A program made the translations under genes and the position numbers. From Bacillota bacterium (GTDB taxonomy: Bacteria; Bacillota; Dethiobacteria; DTU022), in assembly GCA_019428945.1 (NCBI GenBank), contig JAHYJM010000004.1, forward strand, positions 2,294 to 66,293: DNA of 64,000 nucleotides. Reading direction: 5' to 3'. Position 1 is the first letter of the stretch. Every line of letters begins with the position of its first letter. Shown in pieces: positions 61,273 through 64,000 of the stretch. The notes under the pieces are model-generated. The model ran no database searches, had not been told where the DNA came from, and saw nothing but the letters and a program-made list of their open reading frames with translations.

Positions 61273-62571
61273 ATGACTCAGGAATTGATTGTGCAGGGGG
61301 GTATACCCCTGCATGGCTCTGTCAGAATAAAAGGTTCAAAAAATGCAGGGTTACCCATAATCGCTGCCGCTTTGCTTATAGATGAACCAGTGGTTATAGA
61401 AGAAGTGCCAGATCTTCTCGATGTTCGTACAATGCTGTCTGTTATAGAATCTCTCGGGGCTGTAGTTGACTACGATTCGAATGAAGAAAGAATTACTATA
61501 AATCCGAAAAATCTTCAGTCGGCTGAGCCACCCGTAGATCACATGCAGAAAATGCGTGCATCATTTCTGGTTTTAGGTCCCCTGCTGGCCCGTTACGGAT
61601 ATGCCCGACTTTCCCTTCCCGGCGGTTGTGCGATTGGCACGCGGCCCGTAGATCTTCACCTCAAAGGCTTTGAAGCAATGGGTGTTGAATTTTCCTACAC
61701 CAGCGGTTTGGTTGAAGGTAAAACCGGTTTCTTAAAGGGTGCAGATGTTTATCTTGATTATCCGAGCGTAGGCGCAACAGAAAATCTGATCATGGCGGCA
61801 GTGCTGGCAAAGGGATCCACTACAATTGAGAACGCCGCTTCAGAACCTGAAATTGTAGACTTAGCCGGCTTTTTAAACAGCGCCGGAGCCAAAATCAGCG
61901 GCGCTGGAACCAAAACAATTCGCATAAATGGTGTTAAGCAGCTTGGTGGAACCAAATATGCAGTGATACCGGATCGCATTGAGGCGGGAACATTTCTGCT
62001 AAGTGCAGCAGTTACCGGTGGTGAAATTATCGTTAACAATGTTCTTGCCGCTCACCTCAAACCGCTGCTGGCTAAAATGAGAGAGACGGGAGTAGAAATA
62101 GAAGAGACTGATCTTTCAGCGATCAGGGTTAGAGGGAGCCTTGACAAAAAGTGTGTTGACTTAAAAACACAGCCTTACCCGGGTTTTCCAACCGACCTTC
62201 AGCCCCAGTTTATGAGTTTGCTTGCAGCCTCCCGGGGAACAGGACTGGTGACTGAAACTGTATTTGAAAACCGCTTCAGACACATTGGCGGTTTGCTGCG
62301 CATGGGAGCAGACATACAGGTGGAGGGAAGCAGGGCAGTTGTTCAGGGAGTCAAAAAGCTTAGCGGCGCCCCCGTTGAAGCTTCCGATCTGAGAGGTGCT
62401 GCGGCGCTTGTTCTGGCAGCGCTGTCTGCCGGGGGAACTTCACGCATAACCGGACTTGAACATCTTTGGCGCGGTTACAGCGGGTTTGAAGATAGGCTCA
62501 GAAGTCTCGGCGCCAATTTAAAAGTGGAAACTAATATTAATTTAACGTGGGAAAGAGCAGCAGGAGAATAA
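61273..62571 (+). CDS. murA: UDP-N-acetylglucosamine 1-carboxyvinyltransferase
   Basis: GSKNAGLP, MRASFLV, GGCAIGTRPVD, YPGFPTDLQ, DLRGAA. Confidence 0.95.
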   Translation: MTQELIVQGGIPLHGSVRIKGSKNAGLPIIAAALLIDEPVVIEEVPDLLDVRTMLSVIESLGAVVDYDSNEERITINPKNLQSAEPPVDHMQKMRASFLVLGPLLARYGYARLSLPGGCAIGTRPVDLHLKGFEAMGVEFSYTSGLVEGKTGFLKGADVYLDYPSVGATENLIMAAVLAKGSTTIENAASEPEIVDLAGFLNSAGAKISGAGTKTIRINGVKQLGGTKYAVIPDRIEAGTFLLSAAVTGGEIIVNNVLAAHLKPLLAKMRETGVEIEETDLSAIRVRGSLDKKCVDLKTQPYPGFPTDLQPQFMSLLAASRGTGLVTETVFENRFRHIGGLLRMGADIQVEGSRAVVQGVKKLSGAPVEASDLRGAAALVLAALSAGGTSRITGLEHLWRGYSGFEDRLRSLGANLKVETNINLTWERAAGE

Positions 62572-62590
62572 TATATTCCGGGGTGGTTAA

Positions 62591-63655
62591 ATGTATACTT
62601 ATCCCGGCAACATCCATATACACAGCACACACTCTGACGGCAGCGGAACTATTGCGAAGATTGCGACAGCGGCTGCTGCAGCCGGTTTAAGTTTTGTTGT
62701 TATCAGTGATCATGAAACCCTGGCGGGGCTTCCCGAAGAAGCTATCTGTCAGGGTGTTCTTGTATTGGTTGGAGCTGAAATCAACAAGGATAAGAATCAT
62801 TACCTGGCGCTTGGTATTGATAAACCGGTTCAGTTTGATGATGAACATCCCCAGAATGTAATTGATCGCGTCTGCCAGGCCGGGGGAATTGGATTTATAG
62901 CTCATCCTTTTGATCGAGGTTCCCTCTATATTGAAAAAGGTAAAGCTTTCCCCTGGAAAAACTGGCCGGTTTTCGGTTTTAACGGAATTGAAATCTGGAA
63001 TTTTTCCTCACACTGGCGAGGCCTGCATCCGTCTCTTTTCAGAACTTTGTATTGGTTTTTCTTCAATCGCAGGGGAGCAATGAAAGGTCCGCCCCGCAGA
63101 CTTCTAAGATTGTGGGATTGCTATAACTCAAACGGCCACAGAATTGTCGCCATAGGCAGCAGCGACGCCCATGCTTATCGATACAGGTTGGCGTTGTGTT
63201 CGATCATAATATTCACCTATCGTTATACATTTACAACAATCAATACATACATAGTGATGAAGGAAAAACTGAGCGGCAATTTTACGGAAGCAAAGGCTCA
63301 GGTTATAGATGCCCTGAGCAGGGGGTGCTGTTTTACTTCTTTTGAAACACTTGGCAAGGCAAAAGAATTTTCATTTACCGCGTTAGCGGGTGACCAGCTG
63401 ATTTTAATGGGTGGTGAAATCCGTATGGAACGAAGGATTAAGCTGCAGATTAAGGCGCCGGGCAAACGATCTTTAATCAGGTTAATATGTAGTGGCGAGC
63501 TGTTGCTTGAAACAAAACAACCGGAAATAATTTATGAAGCTTACAGGCCGGGGGTGTACAGGGTGGAAGTGTATTATCGTCCACACTGCGGAAGAGCGCG
63601 GCCATGGATATTTTCCAACCCGATTTACATTCTTCCCTTTCAATATTCCCGATAG
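62591..63655 (+). CDS. PHP-domain metallohydrolase (CehA/McbA-like) with C-terminal beta domain
   Basis: NIHIHSTHSDG, SDH, GAEI, AHPF, GIEIWN, GSSDAH; C-terminal GVYRVEVY...WIFSNPI. Confidence 0.8.
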   Translation: MYTYPGNIHIHSTHSDGSGTIAKIATAAAAAGLSFVVISDHETLAGLPEEAICQGVLVLVGAEINKDKNHYLALGIDKPVQFDDEHPQNVIDRVCQAGGIGFIAHPFDRGSLYIEKGKAFPWKNWPVFGFNGIEIWNFSSHWRGLHPSLFRTLYWFFFNRRGAMKGPPRRLLRLWDCYNSNGHRIVAIGSSDAHAYRYRLALCSIIIFTYRYTFTTINTYIVMKEKLSGNFTEAKAQVIDALSRGCCFTSFETLGKAKEFSFTALAGDQLILMGGEIRMERRIKLQIKAPGKRSLIRLICSGELLLETKQPEIIYEAYRPGVYRVEVYYRPHCGRARPWIFSNPIYILPFQYSR

Positions 63656-63736
63656 TTGCATGGTGCTTGTTCATGATATATTATTTATAAAGATATAACT
63701 TGATACAAATGTGCAAATATACAAGGAGGTATCTTC

Positions 63737-64000
63737 ATGTTAAAAGTAGGCATCAATGGTTTTGGCAGAATTGGCAGGATGGCTATGCGTGTATCCATGA
63801 ATCAAAATAAGGTTAAAGTAGTTGCTGTAAATGACCTTGCCGATAACTCCACATTGGCTCATTTACTGAAGTATGATTCAGTTTATGGTGTTTTAGATCT
63901 TGATATTAAAGCAGACGATCAGGGGTTTGATATCAATGGCGAAAGAATTGCGGTTTTTTCTGAGAGAGAGCCGGCTAAAATTCCCTGGAAAGATTATGAG
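63737..64000 (+). CDS. gap: Glyceraldehyde-3-phosphate dehydrogenase type I, N-terminal part (not in the ORF track)
   Basis: Manual translation MLKVGINGFGRIGR...VVAVNDL...AHLLKYDSVYG; SD AAGGAGG. Confidence 0.96.
   Translation, partial: MLKVGINGFGRIGRMAMRVSMNQNKVKVVAVNDLADNSTLAHLLKYDSVYGVLDLDIKADDQGFDINGERIAVFSEREPAKIPWKDYE

Noticed and set aside
37681-62571. Two murA paralogues
   Set aside because: Normal for Firmicutes; both keep the catalytic Cys and sit in expected contexts.

Overview
Replication-origin region of a Bacillota (Firmicutes) chromosome with clostridial-type gene content; an anaerobic lineage such as Dethiobacteria is plausible but is inference. dnaA-dnaN-recF-dciA-remB-gyrB ... 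gyrA and a carboxyltransferase gene run on the minus strand. rpmH-rnpA-yidD-yidC-jag-mnmE-rsmG-noc-soj-spo0J and almost everything to the right run on the plus strand. oriC is bipartite around dnaA, with a recognisable DnaA-box/DnaA-trio/AT-rich unwinding module next to dnaN. Two perfect parS sites follow spo0J. I found no rRNA, tRNA, CRISPR array, IS element or prophage. The backbone is housekeeping but has several in-place gene swaps and losses. The most striking: the slot between upp/dCMP deaminase and murA, which holds the F1Fo atp operon in well-studied Firmicutes, contains a V/A-type ATPase operon. Its gene order (E, DUF2764/C-like, A, B, D, I, K) is that of Spirochaetes, Chlamydiae and Bacteroidota; it has no F or G subunit genes, and its K subunit has a Na+-binding signature. 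Other notable points: a TAXI-TRAP block splits gyrB from gyrA; an LmdC/Csd1-like M23 peptidase plus bactofilin pair sits next to parABS; ATA start codons appear to be used; a sigmaH-like promoter recurs in front of housekeeping operons; S6 carries an 86-aa acidic tail; mnmG, ychF, gdpP and walJ are absent from their usual slots. All functional calls come from motif recognition by eye; no database searches were run.
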